DNA of 64,000 nt from Eledone cirrhosa. Taxonomy: Eukaryota. The stretch spans positions 4,774,001 to 4,838,000 of the forward strand of contig OZ024762.1 of NCBI GenBank assembly GCA_964016885.1, in the 5' to 3' direction. Both the position numbers and the translations under genes were made by a program. Below are positions 13,835-26,529 of the stretch, one piece after another (within the stretch, counting starts at the first letter, position 1; every line of letters begins with the position of its first letter). Below the pieces are notes generated by a model. The model made no database searches. It saw only the letters and a list, made by a program, of their open reading frames with translations, and was not told where the DNA came from.

Positions 13835-14960
13835 TTTTTTCTTTATTCTCTGTTTCTTCTTTTTCTTTTTCTTTTTCTTTTTCTTTTTCTTTTTCTTTTT
13901 CCTCTTCTTTTTCCTCTTCTTTTTTTTCTTTTTACCATACCACACCATATCATACCATACCAGACCATGCCACATTTTTTTTAATTTCTTTTTTATTTTT
14001 CTTTATTCTGTTTTTTCTTTTTCTTTATCTTTTTCTTTTTCTTCTTTTTTCTTTTTCTTTTTCATTTTCTTTTTCTTTTCTTTTTCTTTTTTTCTTCTTT
14101 TTCTTTTTCTTCTTTTTCTTTTTCTTCTTTATCTTTTTTTCTTTTTTTCTTTTTTCTTTTTTTCTTTTCTTTTTCTTTTTCTTTTTCTTTATCTTCTTTT
14201 TCTACTCTTTCTTTCTCTTTTTCTTTTTTTTTCTTTTTATTCTTTTTCTTTTCTTTTTCTCCCTCTTTTTTCTTCTTTTTCTTCTTTTTCCTCTTCCTCT
14301 TCTTTTTCTTCTTTATCTTCTTTTTCTTGTTTTTCTTTTGCTTTTTTTCTTTTTTTTTTCCTTCTTTTTTTCTTTTTCTTTTTCTTTTTCATCTTTCTTT
14401 TTCTTTTTCTTTTTCCTTCTTTTTCTTTTTCTTTTTTCTTCTTTTTCTTTTTCTTATTTTTCCTCTCTTTTTCCTCCTATTTTTCCTCTTCTTTTTCTTT
14501 ATCTTCTTTATCTTCTTTATCTTCTTTTTCTTTGTTTCTTTTTTTCTTCTTTTTCCTCTTTTTTTCCTTTTCCTTTTCCTTTTTCTTTTTTCTTTTTCTT
14601 TTTCTTTTGCTTTTGCTTTCTTTTTCTTTTTTCCTTTTCTTTTTCCTTTTCCTTTTCTTTTTTCTTTTCCTTTTCCTTTTCCTTTTCTTTTTCCTTTTCC
14701 TTTTCTTTTTCTTTTCTTTTTTTTTTCTTTATTCTGTTTCTTGTTTTTCTTTTTCTTTTTCTTTTTCTTTTTCTTTTTCTTTTTCTTCTTTTCTTTTTTT
14801 TTTTCTTTTTCTTCTTTCTTTTTTCTTTTTTTCTTTTTATTTCTTTTCTTTCTTTTCTTTCTTTTCTTTCTTTTCTTTCTTTTCTTTCTTTTCTTTCTTT
14901 TCTTTCTTTTTCTTTTTTTCTTTTTCCTCTTTTTCTTTTTCTTTTTCCTTCTTTCGTTTC

Positions 14961-14991
<31 letters not shown>

Positions 14992-15455
14992 TTTCATCTC
15001 TCTTCTTTCTTCTTTCTTTTTCTTTTTCTTTTTCTTTTATTTTTATTTCTATTTTTATTTTTATTTTTTATTTTTTTTCTTGTTTTTTTCTTTTTTTTTC
15101 CTTTTTTTTCTTCTTTGTCCCTTTTTACTTTTTTTTCTTCTTTTTTTCTTTTTTTTTCTTTTTTTTCTTTTTTTTCTTTTTTTTCTTTTTTTCTTTTTTT
15201 CTTTTTCTTTTTCTTCTCTCTCTTTCTCTTTCTCTTTTTCTTTTTCTCTATCTTTTCCTTTTCCTTTTTCTTTTTCATTTTCTTTTTTCCTTTTCCTTTT
15301 CCTTTTCCTTTTCCTTTTCCTTTTTCTTTTTCTTGCTTCTTTCTTCTTTCTCCTTTTTTCTTTTTCTTTTTCTTTTCTTCTCCTCCTCCGTCTTCTTCTT
15401 CTCCTCCTCCGTCTTCTTCTTCTTCTTCTCCTTCTCCTTCTTGTTCTTCTTCTTA
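13835..15455. repeat. About 1.6-kb polypyrimidine (T/C) low-complexity tract
   Basis: Direct reading. It produces the Phe-rich and Lys-rich ORFs. Confidence 0.95.
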
Positions 15456-15519
15456 ACAGGGGTGTATTTCAAATCAGAATACCCAGTACACATAACAGAA
15501 AGAAGATATCCCAAAGCAC

Positions 15520-17380
15520 CCCAGCCGACTCTTAACCAATTTCTCCAATCCCCGTCTATTTCACTGAACTAACCTATTGGCAATACCAAGATAGTCTTAG
15601 CCTGTAAACTTGATATATCCTACAGTCATATCTCACTGCCGAAATACCCTCCTCTTTAATAATGGCGACTCCTGCATAAATAAATCCACAAAAATCGACT
15701 CATTCAATGTGCCAGTGGGAAAATTTAACAGTGTTGATATATGTGATTCGGTGGGCCTTTTTATCTTAGACACACTTAGACACGTTAGGCATGTCAAACG
15801 TGCGGCTCTTTACAAGCACACCTGCGGCCCGCACAAAGGTTTTGACAGCGGAAGTATGTTTTATCTTCGTAATATAAATTTTTTCAAATGTGTTGTAATG
15901 TGCGCAATTAGTTGTCGTGTGTGGCCCTCAGACAACATATATGTAACCCATGGGTCCCTCGGAGGATCCTCAGTTTGACAAGCCTGCACTACGAAGTATA
16001 TTCTCTGACATCTATATGGGCCTATATCGTGATAAAATGGCCATGACCTCGACACATTTTGAAAAAATCTTGATTACTACCTTCAGCAGCATAGGTGTAA
16101 AAACTACTATATCCACCAACCTCAGCAATGTTAACTTCCTAGCCGTTAATTTAGACCTATGTACACGCACATACAGACCATTCCATAGACCCAGTGAGAA
16201 ACTTAGTTATATTCATACGGAGTCTAGCCACCCCCTATAGTTTTTAAAAATCTTATAAGATTAAAAGGGTATCCAACCTCTCTTCTAATAAAGTCATCTT
16301 TGATAGGGCAGCACCCTACTATAATTCAACACTAAGCAACAGCGGCTTCTCTGAAAGAATCACTTACTCCCCAGATCATCGCCCTATATCTAGAAAGAAA
16401 AAAACCTAAACATAAAGATGTCATAAGGTTCGCACCACCACTCGCACTTGATGTGAAAACCAATGTATGTAGAGAATTCCTAGCCTTCCTATATATCCAC
16501 TTACTTCTTGGCCATAAATACCGACACATATTCAGTCGCCATACAGTGAAAATAGGCTACTCGTGTACCAATAATATTAAAGCCCACATCAGCGGCAAAC
16601 GCAAAAGCCTTACGGATGTTCAGGCAGAAAACCAGAGACATGCCCACTAGAAAATACTGCAACATTCCAGCGGTGGTATAGCAAGTAGAAGTTACCTCCA
16701 CCAACCGGAACTACCAAATTGAAGCCTTGACTTATGTCGGAATGTCCGGGAGCCAGTTCAAAAGCCAGTACCTGAACCACAAAACAATCTTCAGACATCA
16801 TGACAAAAACACGTTTTCCAGCTTGCAAACCATGTATGGAGCCTTAAAAGTAACGGCACACCTTTTTCCATTAAATGGATTATATTAGAAAAATCTACCC
16901 CCTATGTTAATGGATACGAAATTTTGTCGGCTATGTAACTCGGTTAAGTGGAATATACTCTCACAACTGGCATCGGGGAAACACTGTTTAAATACACGTC
17001 TTGACTGCTTTAGTTGCTGTCCACACGAAGTGAAATTTATTCTGAGAAAATGGTATAGACCAGACTAACTAATTTGAATGTCAAGGAATGTATTTTCTTC
17101 TAATTTGAATATCAAAGAATTTGATTTCTTTGAAATTTCTTTGAAATTTCTTTGAACTTAGCATAAGTTCCCTGCATTTGGGATTTTTTTATAGTTACCT
17201 TTAACCTATCTAATAATTTTGTTTATTTATAGCTAATTTCGAAATTACCGGCCCTTGAAGAGCTCTCGTATTTAAAAAAAAATTCCAATCAACCGTGGGA
17301 GTAGCCATCTTCATTTTATATAACAGGCTGAATGAGTCGTGGTGTATAACCCACCCAACGAAACTTAAGTACCTGTATAT
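15520..17380 (+). mobile_element. Decayed Penelope-like element (RT + GIY-YIG remnants) with 3' pseudo-LTR
   Basis: Motifs ICDSVGLFIL, MGLYRD, VNFLAVNLDL..TYRPFHRP..LSYIH..SSHP, HKYRHIFSRHTVKIGYSC and CRLC, with frameshifts and stops. Confidence 0.8.
17323..17376 (+). ncRNA. Candidate minimal hammerhead ribozyme in Penelope pseudo-LTR
   Basis: ACAGG-CTGAATGA-gtcgtggtg..cacccaac-GAAA-CTTAAG-TA-CCTGT. Stem I, stem II and a palindromic stem III (ACTTAAGT) are present, with one extra nt in the core. Confidence 0.65.
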
Positions 17381-17410
17381 GTCACTGTTGTAACTAATTA
17401 TATATATATA

Positions 17411-17464
<54 letters not shown>

Positions 17465-17595
17465 CATATACATATACTCGTAACCCATCATAAATCATAC
17501 GTATTTAGCACTGCTTATTAAAATACATCTTGCCTGCGACTATTCTTATTTGAAAGATATTTTCACATCTGACCAGGGCTTATTATTAGTATGAT

Positions 17596-18082
17596 TAATC
17601 CCGCCGAGGTTAACTTTGCCTTTCATCCTTACGGGGTCGATAAAATAAAGTACCAGTAATACACTGGATAATTGCTGGCCTTGTGCCTAAAGTAGAAACA
17701 ATTATTAGTATGATTGGCAGTATCGGTAGAGGGTCGGACGCCATGCTTTGACGCATGGAGTTACGGCCCTTGCCATTCTGAGTTCAAATCCCGCCGAGGT
17801 TAACTTTGCCTTTAATCCTTACGGGGTCGATAAAATAAAGTACCAGTAATGCACTGGGTAATTTCTGGCCTTGTGCCAATAGTAGAAACAATTATTTGTA
17901 TTTGGCAGTATTGGTAGGGGTTTCGACGACATGCTTTGCAACATAGAGTTACGCCCCTCTACAGTCTGAGTTCGAATCCCGCTGAGGTTAACTTTGCCTT
18001 TCATCCTTACGGGGTCGATAAAATAAAGTACCAGTAATACACTGGGATAATTGCTGGCCTTGTGCCAAAAGAAGAAACAATT
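17596..18082 (+). mobile_element. Head-to-tail array of about 3 SINE family A copies
   Basis: Three consecutive ..gcctttcatccttacggggtcgataaaataaagtaccag..gaaacaatt units. Confidence 0.85.
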
Positions 18083-18717
18083 ATTTGCTAAAATGCGGCC
18101 TACACTTCACATCTGACCTGGACCTATTATCAGCTTCTCCTACAAGTGGTTTCAAACTCAGCATAGAAAACTAATGAAACACTCGTCGTTTTGACTATGC
18201 TGCCTCTGCTTATATCTACATGCTTTATCTCCTTCCTCGCTCTGCCAAGTCCACAGTGCAGCAACTAGCTAGCTAACATATGAACAGACGACCAACGCTT
18301 CGTTTTTATCGTCTGATACCTTACATCGATCCGATTACCTGCATCTCTCTCTCTCTCTCTCTCTCTCTCGCTTTCTCTCTCTCTCTCTTCTCGTACACTC
18401 GCTTTCTGAATTCATCGAATAACTGAATGCTCGTCGTGGAAAGTGATGGAGGATCTAAATGTAAAGAGGATTATATACAAGGTCTTACTAAAGCTTGTCA
18501 AACTAATGAAGAAGGATAATATACAAGGGTTGTGACGTTCGAAAGAATATTCTCCACCTCTAACTAACTTACCCTCCTCTTGATCCCGGCCGACAGGATG
18601 GAGAAGACACTACCCCGGAGAACGGCGAGGCTGACGCACTGGAACAGCCACTTCACCTCGCGTGGCCGGCAGCCAACTCCGCTCCGATAAGAGTGAGTAG
18701 GGATCTGGTCCAGAGGC

Positions 18718-19223
18718 CAAGAACGCCGGAAGTCTCCACTGCTACAGGGTCTACCATAAACCTACCACATGAGCAGGGATGTATTCCGGGGACAAAGAAC
18801 GCCGGAAGTCTCCACTGCTACAGGGTCTACCATAAACCTATCACATGAGCAGGGATGTATTCCGGGGACAAAGAACGCCGGAAGTCTCCACTGCTACAGG
18901 GTCTACCATAAACATATCACATGAGCAGGGATGTATTCCGGGGACAAAGAACGCCGGAAGTCTCCACTGCTACAGGGTCTACCATAAACCTATCACATGA
19001 GCAGGGATGTATTCCGGGGACAAAGAACGCCGGAAGTCTCCACTGCTACAGGGTCTACCATAAACCTATCACATGAGCAGGGATGTATTCCGGGGACAAA
19101 GAACGTCGGAAGTCTCCACTGCTACAGGGTCTACCATAAACCTATCACATGAGCAGGGATGTATTCCGGGGACAAAGAACGCCGGAAGTCTCCACTGCTA
19201 CAGGCTCTACCATAAACCTATCA
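18718..19223 (+). repeat. 76-bp tandem repeat, about 6.6 copies, inside a degenerate LINE-like segment
   Basis: gaacgccggaagtctccactgctacagggtctacc recurs at 18721, 18797 and onward (period 76). Confidence 0.9.
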
Positions 19224-19440
19224 GTGAGCGGTTTGCCCTCTTCGGCCTGGCGAGCAGCAGAGCCTGGACTGGGAGCCGAACGCACTAGAGAAGGTGTCAC
19301 ATGTAGCATCCCAGATGGAGGTCTACTACTGCGGACGGCAAGATTGCCATGCCATCTAGAAGAAGAAAAATAGTGGTAGAAAAGAAAACTATGTAAGCCA
19401 TTGATTCATTTCCGTTGTGGTGCTCACTCCTACTTCCTAG

Positions 19441-19478
19441 TGACGTCTTAATGACGTCATACTTTTACAATGACATCA
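19441..19478. promoter_or_regulatory. CRE cluster upstream of PDE copy 1 (TGACGTCT, TGACGTCA, TGACATCA)
   Basis: Perfect TGACGTCA at 19452-19459, with near-sites at 19441 and 19471, about 560 bp upstream of the ATG. Confidence 0.55.
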
Positions 19479-19584
19479 CGAATGAGGCCTTTTCTTTCTT
19501 ATTTATTCATCTTATCCTATCTGTCCGACTATCTATCTATCTATCACCCTTACTCCCTCGATCTACCATCCCTCTTCTCTCTCT

Positions 19585-19616
<32 letters not shown>

Positions 19617-20013
19617 CACCGTTACTCTCTCTAACTCCTCTCACTATTTGCCTATCTATCTATCAACCCCCCTCTATCATACACACACATTATTCATATA
19701 TTTTTAATCTAATATTCTCTTCCACACTGTCGCATCATTCTAGCAGCGGCGTATTTAATCTCAAACGTAAAAATCGTTTGCTTCTTTCTACACCTGAACA
19801 TTTCCCTCGTTTAGACATCCTTTACGGGAAAACTACAGCTTAAAATAACAAGAGCTTTACGAAGCTTAAGCTTAGCTACCTTAAAAACAATCCATCCGGT
19901 GAGGTATGAGAATAAAAGAATAAGAATACGAATACAAATACAAATAAGAATAAGAATACGATATTGGACGAGAACTGAGCGTTGCTGTTTGTCATTAATT
20001 CCGTTATCAAAGC

Positions 20014-23000
20014 ATGGATAAGAAAGCCATAACCGCGGAAATGGTTGAGAAATATTTGAACAATCACCCCACTTTCATCGATGAGTGGTTGAATAGGAAC
20101 AAAATGAGAAGTGACCTTGATGAAAAATACACGAAGAAGACGCTGAGATTTTCAAGCTATGTGGAAAAGATTATGGTGAAACAGAAGAGGGAGAAACGTC
20201 AACTGATTAGCTCTCTGGTGTCGGAAAATGAACTTTTCAGTGAGCTAGTCAAAGACATTACACATGAAATCAATACCAACGCCCTCAGTCACAAAATCTT
20301 GCAGAACATCATTAAATTAACTCACTGCGAACGAGGAAGTTTGTTCTTCATTGAAAAACTAGGAAAAGAGAAATTTTTAGTTTCGAATCTGTTCGACGTC
20401 ACCCCCACCTCAGTAATGTTCGAAACTTTGCGTGAGAAAGAAAATGTTATCCGAATACCTTATGGTAAAGGAATCGTTGGCTACGTGGCCGAAACTAAAT
20501 TAAAAGTTAATATAAGGGATGCTTACCAAGACCCCCGTTTCAACAAAGAGATTGATGAAATGACTGGCTGTCGAACAAAGTGTTTAATTTGTATGCCGAT
20601 TCTAAATTACTGCGATGATGTTATAGGGGTCGCGCAAATCATTAATAAACTTGACGGAGACTATTTCACAGAAAATGACGAAAAGACCTTCGTTGATTAT
20701 TTGTATTTTTGTGGGATTAGTTTGAATAATGCCCAGTTGTTCGAAAAATCAGTCGAAGAATACAAACGAAACCAACAGTTACTGAATTTGGTAGGGGACA
20801 TATGTGCTGAGTACTCTAACTTTATGAGTCTCATTGAAGTTATATTGAGTCGAGCAACAGAAATTCTTGATTGCAGCTATGTTTGTCTTGGTCTTTTAAC
20901 TCCTTCCAAGATGGACGACACCACAGAAAAGGAATTAAATCTTTACGAAATGAAGAATGATGCTCTACAAACAAATACCACACACCCAATCTATAGGAAA
21001 GTGGCCATGGATTTTTTACTAAATGACAAACGTCTGCATATGTATGATATCAAGAATGACAGTTTATTTGAAGGTGGTGATTCTGCGATTCTTAAAAGTA
21101 ACTGTATTGGTGCAATTGCTTTGTTAGACACATCTGAAGAAAAAAATGGTTGCATATTTTTCACAAAGGAGTCAACAGATTTTTTTAACGAGTCTAATTT
21201 TACAACTATGGAGACATTTGGGTTATTCTGTGGCCTGGGAATTCATAACTGTCAAATCTGCTGGTCGACAATTAGGTGTTTAGCACAGCAGCAAATATCA
21301 CACGAAATTTTGTCGTTTCATACAACGGCTGATGAACGAGAAGTGGAGAGGTTTCTGTCGATGGAAAAACGATCTGCCTCTGACTATGGTATATATACAT
21401 TTGCCTTCAATGACCTTTATTATTCCGATGATACAACAGTTATTATCGCGGCACTCATTTTTATTGAAATGAATGCTTTACAGATTTTGGATATTGAGCT
21501 TCCTTTGCTTTACAAGTGGATACTTACAGTGAAGAAGAACTATCGCCCGGTCATCTATCACAACTGGCGACACGGCGTCAACGTGACTCAAAGCTTTTTC
21601 TGTATGCTGACCACTGGAGGTATGAACAAATACTTTTCTAATTTTGAAATGATTGTTGTCCTTATCGCATGTCTTTGCCATGACCTCGACCATAGAGGCA
21701 CTAACAATGACTACGAAGTGAAAACTGCGTCTAAATTAGCCACAATATACAGTTCTTCCACTCTTGAACATCACCATTTTGACCACTGCATAATGATATT
21801 AAACAATGAAAAAACAAACATATTCCAAAACACAGTAGTGCACAATTACAAAATAGCAGTCCATCTTATAGAAAAAGCTATTCTTTCAACAGATCTCACG
21901 CGCTATTTCCAGAATAGGACAGCATTCCAAGAACTCCTTGATAGAAAAGAAACTTTCGAGGAACAGGAAAAGCGCGATCTATTGTTAGCAATGATGATAA
22001 CGGGCGCTGATTTAGCGGCCGTTACAAAACCATGGAATACTCAAAAGAGAACAGCTTTACTAGTGACAGCGGAGTTTTTTGAGTTGGGAGATTTACAGAA
22101 GAATGTGTTAAAGTCGGAAGTTATAGCAATGTTCGACCGTGAAAAGAGGACCGATGTACCAAAATTACAAGTTGGTTTCATTCAGTTTGTATGCATACCA
22201 GTGTTTGAATCTTTACAGACGGTAAACAAAAACTTAATGCCGCTCTATGTGGGTTGTTTGAATAATCTGAAACACTGGGAAGATATAGTTGGCGGTAAAG
22301 AAGAATTTGATATCGATGTCGAGCTTAACAAGACATTAGCTGGGTTTTGGGATTCCGATGAGCCAGAAAGTGCTCGCCAAAGGACTGAGGAACAAAACGT
22401 ATCTCCCTCGCAAGAAGATAAGGATATATCGAAACGAATATCAGGGGGATATATAAAAGGGTATGAACGATTTATTGATTCAGGAAACTCGCCCAAATCT
22501 TTCGGAAGTTTAGATCTTGAACAACCTGGCTATTCTAATTCGGCCATTGCGAACGCGTCGACGTCAAAAATGCTCTCGGCGGCGGCGACGTTGGATGATA
22601 CCAAATATATGATATTCACATCAGATGAAGCAGGGGAGAGAGAATTGGATGAAATCGATGTTGATATTGAAGTAGAAGAGATACGTAGACTGAGAGGAAA
22701 TAAGGTGAACATAAAACAGATAACAGGTGGGCAGGAGATTATGAGAGAATTAACGTATATACAACTCAGTGATCCAATTCCTAGGCGTAAAGAGTCACTG
22801 AGGTCTTATTTAGACGAAATAGAAGAAGAGAGAAAGCATGCCCTGGAGAAGAAGAAAACCAACACGGAGTCGGTTAGTGAAAAAGAAGTGCCCCCAAAAA
22901 TCATTAGACCCTCATACACGGTGATCCCTTCTTATCAAAGATCAAACAAGGATACTTTTTCGACGAACTGTCCATCGAATGATTTATACCAAGAAACTAG

Positions 23001-23142
23001 ATCGGTAGATTCCGCGATTCGTCAAGTGGATCATTCGAAGTGTATAAAAATGTTCAGAGAAAGTAAAAGATGTATGCTAAAGGCTGACATTGATCCTGCC
23101 ACCGATAAGATAGAGAAAAGTGTTATGTGTCTTATTATATAA
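20014..23142 (+). CDS. GAF-domain cyclic-nucleotide phosphodiesterase (PDE5/6/11-like), single-exon, 1042 aa, C-terminal CaaX (CLII); copy 1
   Basis: GAF-A motifs SNLFDV, KGIVGYVAE, DAYQDPRF and QIINK..FTENDE. Catalytic motifs YHNWRH, HDLDHRGTNN, LEHHH, ADLAAVTKPW and LQVGFI. Confidence 0.95.
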   Translation: MDKKAITAEMVEKYLNNHPTFIDEWLNRNKMRSDLDEKYTKKTLRFSSYVEKIMVKQKREKRQLISSLVSENELFSELVKDITHEINTNALSHKILQNIIKLTHCERGSLFFIEKLGKEKFLVSNLFDVTPTSVMFETLREKENVIRIPYGKGIVGYVAETKLKVNIRDAYQDPRFNKEIDEMTGCRTKCLICMPILNYCDDVIGVAQIINKLDGDYFTENDEKTFVDYLYFCGISLNNAQLFEKSVEEYKRNQQLLNLVGDICAEYSNFMSLIEVILSRATEILDCSYVCLGLLTPSKMDDTTEKELNLYEMKNDALQTNTTHPIYRKVAMDFLLNDKRLHMYDIKNDSLFEGGDSAILKSNCIGAIALLDTSEEKNGCIFFTKESTDFFNESNFTTMETFGLFCGLGIHNCQICWSTIRCLAQQQISHEILSFHTTADEREVERFLSMEKRSASDYGIYTFAFNDLYYSDDTTVIIAALIFIEMNALQILDIELPLLYKWILTVKKNYRPVIYHNWRHGVNVTQSFFCMLTTGGMNKYFSNFEMIVVLIACLCHDLDHRGTNNDYEVKTASKLATIYSSSTLEHHHFDHCIMILNNEKTNIFQNTVVHNYKIAVHLIEKAILSTDLTRYFQNRTAFQELLDRKETFEEQEKRDLLLAMMITGADLAAVTKPWNTQKRTALLVTAEFFELGDLQKNVLKSEVIAMFDREKRTDVPKLQVGFIQFVCIPVFESLQTVNKNLMPLYVGCLNNLKHWEDIVGGKEEFDIDVELNKTLAGFWDSDEPESARQRTEEQNVSPSQEDKDISKRISGGYIKGYERFIDSGNSPKSFGSLDLEQPGYSNSAIANASTSKMLSAAATLDDTKYMIFTSDEAGERELDEIDVDIEVEEIRRLRGNKVNIKQITGGQEIMRELTYIQLSDPIPRRKESLRSYLDEIEEERKHALEKKKTNTESVSEKEVPPKIIRPSYTVIPSYQRSNKDTFSTNCPSNDLYQETRSVDSAIRQVDHSKCIKMFRESKRCMLKADIDPATDKIEKSVMCLII

Positions 23143-23339
23143 AAGAAAAAAAAATAATAATGATAATAATTATTTCTTTATTAACCACAAAGGGTTTACA
23201 TCAAGAAAAAACATTATGACAGTACAGGACGAAAATATAGTGTATGTGAGTATGTGTGTGTGTTGGTGTGTGGGTTTTGCGTGTAAACAAATATGAACGA
23301 TGTTAAAAAAAGGTAATAAAATTAAAAGAAGGTTCTTCA

Positions 23340-23570
23340 ATACGGAGGAGACGTTCGAGGGTCACTCGTGGGGAAAAAAACCCCCATAAAACCACGGATG
23401 TTCAGATCTCTAAGGTAAGTGCCCTGCCCCAGTTGCACTCCTCCAATCTACAGGTTCACACTCAGAGCAGGTCCTCTCATACACATTTCAACAAATTGCT
23501 TTCAAGGCAGCACTTCTCTCTCTACCCTCATTTTCCTCCTCAAGTGGAACCTGAAAAAGTTAATCAGGGC
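23340..23570 (-). mobile_element. 3' end fragment of L1/Tx1-like LINE
   Basis: 23475-23570 is reverse-complement similar to 57280-57380. Confidence 0.6.
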
Positions 23571-23818
23571 TTATGATAATGATAATAATCATTTCTTTAT
23601 TTACCACAAAGAGTTTACATTAAGAAAACATTACGACGGCTCATGACGAAAGCATAGAGTCTGTGTGTGTGTCGGTGTGTGTGAATGTATACGTGTGTGT
23701 GTGTGTCGGTGTGTGTGAATGTATACGTGTGTGTGTGTGTCGGTGTGTATGTGTGTGTATCTGTGTGTGAGTGTGTGTGTGTGAGTGTGTGTGTATGTGA
23801 GTGTATGTATGTGAGTGT

Positions 23819-23857
<39 letters not shown>

Positions 23858-24027
23858 GGTGTGTATGTGAATGTGTGTGTGTGTGTCGGTGTGGTGTGTA
23901 TGTATGTGTGTGTATCTGTGTGTGAGTGTGTGTGTGTGTGAGTGTGTATGTGGGTGTGTCGGCGTGTATGTGTGTGTGTGTGTGTGTGTCGGGTTGTTGG
24001 TTTTACTTGTAAACAGGTTTAATAATA

Positions 24028-24210
24028 ATTGTTTCTACTTTTTGGCACAAGGCCAGCCATACCCAGTACATTACTGGTACTTTATTTTATCGACCCCGTA
24101 AGAATGACAGGCAAAGTTGACCTTGGCGGGATTTAAACTCAGAATGGCAAGGGCCGTAACTCTGTGTCAAAGCATGGCGTCCGACCCTCTACCGATCCTG
24201 CCAATCCACC
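24028..24210 (-). mobile_element. SINE family A copy
   Basis: Matches the family consensus on the minus strand. Confidence 0.8.
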
Positions 24211-24786
24211 AATAATAATAAAAAGAAAGGTAACAATCAAAAATATTTAAACAATGGGAATTCCTCGATAAAAGACGTTGGAGAGCGACGAGCGTACACT
24301 AAGAGCGGGCTCATTCACTCGGCTCTCTCACGTACCTTTCAACAAACTGTAGTGTTGATGGTGTTAGTTTATGTTGTATGGCATAACAAGATATGGTTCC
24401 AAAATTCCTGAGAGAACCGTAGACGTGACGTATTGACATTCGGCGTTTCCAGGCCTGAATACAACAAATCTATTCCAGAGACGGCGATAGATAGTGAGAG
24501 AATCTAAGTGAGCAAGAGGAAGAATCGACCGTAACTCCTGATAGAGTCTAAGGAGCGCCGTATTGACATACGGCGTTTCTTCCGCATTTTAAGCCCATCT
24601 GTTTTCCTTGCGCCAACTCCAGGTACATTATAAACTTTCTCAGGCCCATATGTGGGCCTAAGGGACGACATTGAGAACCACAAAGAAATAAGTAATTGAG
24701 GGTTTTATATACTCTATCACTTATAGTATGTATGGTCACGTAACTCTTGATAGAATCGTAGGAGTGTCGTATTGACATACAGCGTT

Positions 24787-26529
24787 TCTCCAGGTCTGAC
24801 CCGGTGGAGCCCACCCCTCTCCAGGTCTGACATGGTGGAGTCCATCCCTCTCCAGGTCTGACCTGGTGGAGCCCATCCCTCTCCTGGTCTGACCTGGTGG
24901 AGCCCATCCCTCTCCTGGTCTGACCTGGTGGAGCCCATCCCTCTCCAGGTCTGACCCGGTGGAGCCCATCCCTCTCCTGGTCTGACCTGGTGGAGCCCAT
25001 CCCTCTCCAGGTCTGACCTGGTGGAGCCCACCCCTCTCCTGGTCTGACCTGGTGGAGCCCATCCCTCTCCTGGTCTGACCTGGTGGAGCCCATCCCTCTC
25101 CAGGTCTGACCTGGTGGAGCCCACCCCTCTCCTGGTCTGACCCGGTGGAGCCCATCCCTCTCCTGGTCTGACCTGGTGGAGCCCATCCCTCTCCAGGTCT
25201 GACCCGGTGGAGCCCATCCCTCTCCTGGTCTGACCTGGTGGAGCCCATCCCTCTCCAGGTCTGACCTGGTGGAGCCCACCCCTCTCCAGGTCTGACATGG
25301 TGGAGCCCATCCCTCTCCTGGTCTGACCTGGTGGAGCCCATCCCTCTCCTGGTCTGACCCGGTGGAGCCCATCCCTCTCCTGGTCTGACCTGGTGGAGCC
25401 CATCCCTCTCCAGGTCTGACATGGTGGAGCCCATCCCTCTCCTGGTCTGACCTGGTGGAGCCCACCCCTCTCCAGGTCTGACCCGGTGGAGCCCATCCCT
25501 CTCCTGGTCTGACCTGGTGGAGCCCATCCCTCTCCAGGTCTGACCCGGTGGAGCCCATCCCTCTCCTGGTCTGACCTGGTGGAGCCCACCCCTCTCCAGG
25601 TCTGACCCGGTGGAGCCCATCCCTCTCCTGGTCTGACCTGGTGGAGCCCACCCCTCTCCAGGTCTGACCTGGTGGAGCCCATCCCTCTCCAGGTCTGACC
25701 CGGTGGAGCCCATCCCTCTCCTGGTCTGACCTGGTGGAGCCCATCCCTCTCCAGGTCTGACCTGGTGGAGCCCACCCCTCTCCAGGTCTGACCTGGTGGA
25801 GCCCATCCCTCTCCAGGTCTGACCTGGTGGAGCCTATCCCTCTCCAGGTCTGACCCGGTGGAGCCCATCCCTCTCCTGGTCTGACCTGGTGGAGCCCATC
25901 CCTCTCCAGGTCTGACCTGGTGGAGCCCACCCCTCTCCAGGTCTGACCTGGTGGAGCCCATCCCTCTCCAGGTCTGACCCGGTGGAGCCCATCCCTCTCC
26001 TGGTCTGACCTGGTGGAGCCCATCCCTCTCCAGGTCTGACCCGGTGGAGCCCATCCCTCTCCTGGTCTGACCTGGTGGAGCCCATCCCTCTCCAGGTCTG
26101 ACCCGGTGGAGCCCATCCCTTTCCTGGTCTGACCTGGTGGAGCCCATCCCTCTCCAGGTCTGACCTGGTGGAGCCCACCCCTCTCCTGGTCTGACCTGGT
26201 GGAGCCCATCCCTCTCCAGGTCTGACCCGGTGGAGCCCATCCCTCTCCTGGTCTGACCTGGTGGAGCCCATCCCTCTCCTGGTCTGACCTGGTGGAGCCC
26301 ATCCCTCTCCAGGTCTGACCTGGTGGAGCCCACCCCTCTCCAGGTCTGACATGGTGGAGCCCACCCCTCTCCAGGTCTGACATGGTGGAGCCCATCCCTC
26401 TCCAGGTCTGACATGGTGGAGCCCATCCCTCTCCAGGTCTGACCTGGTGGAGCCCATCCCTCTCCAGGTCTGACATGGTGGAGCCCATCCCTCTCCAGGT
26501 CTGACCTGGTGGAGCCCATCCCTCTCCAG
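24787..26529. repeat. 31-bp minisatellite (CTCTCCAGGTCTGACCTGGTGGAGCCCATCC), about 56 copies
   Basis: Period 31. The same 31-aa repeat appears in all three minus frames, so the long ORFs are artefacts. Confidence 0.95.

Noticed and set aside
13735-15572. Long Phe-rich and Lys-rich ORFs
   Set aside because: Translation of a polypyrimidine tract.
23143-23160. Poly(A) remnant after the copy 1 stop codon as proof of retroposition
   Set aside because: It is a short A-run in AT-rich DNA, with no TSD and no upstream poly(A) signal.
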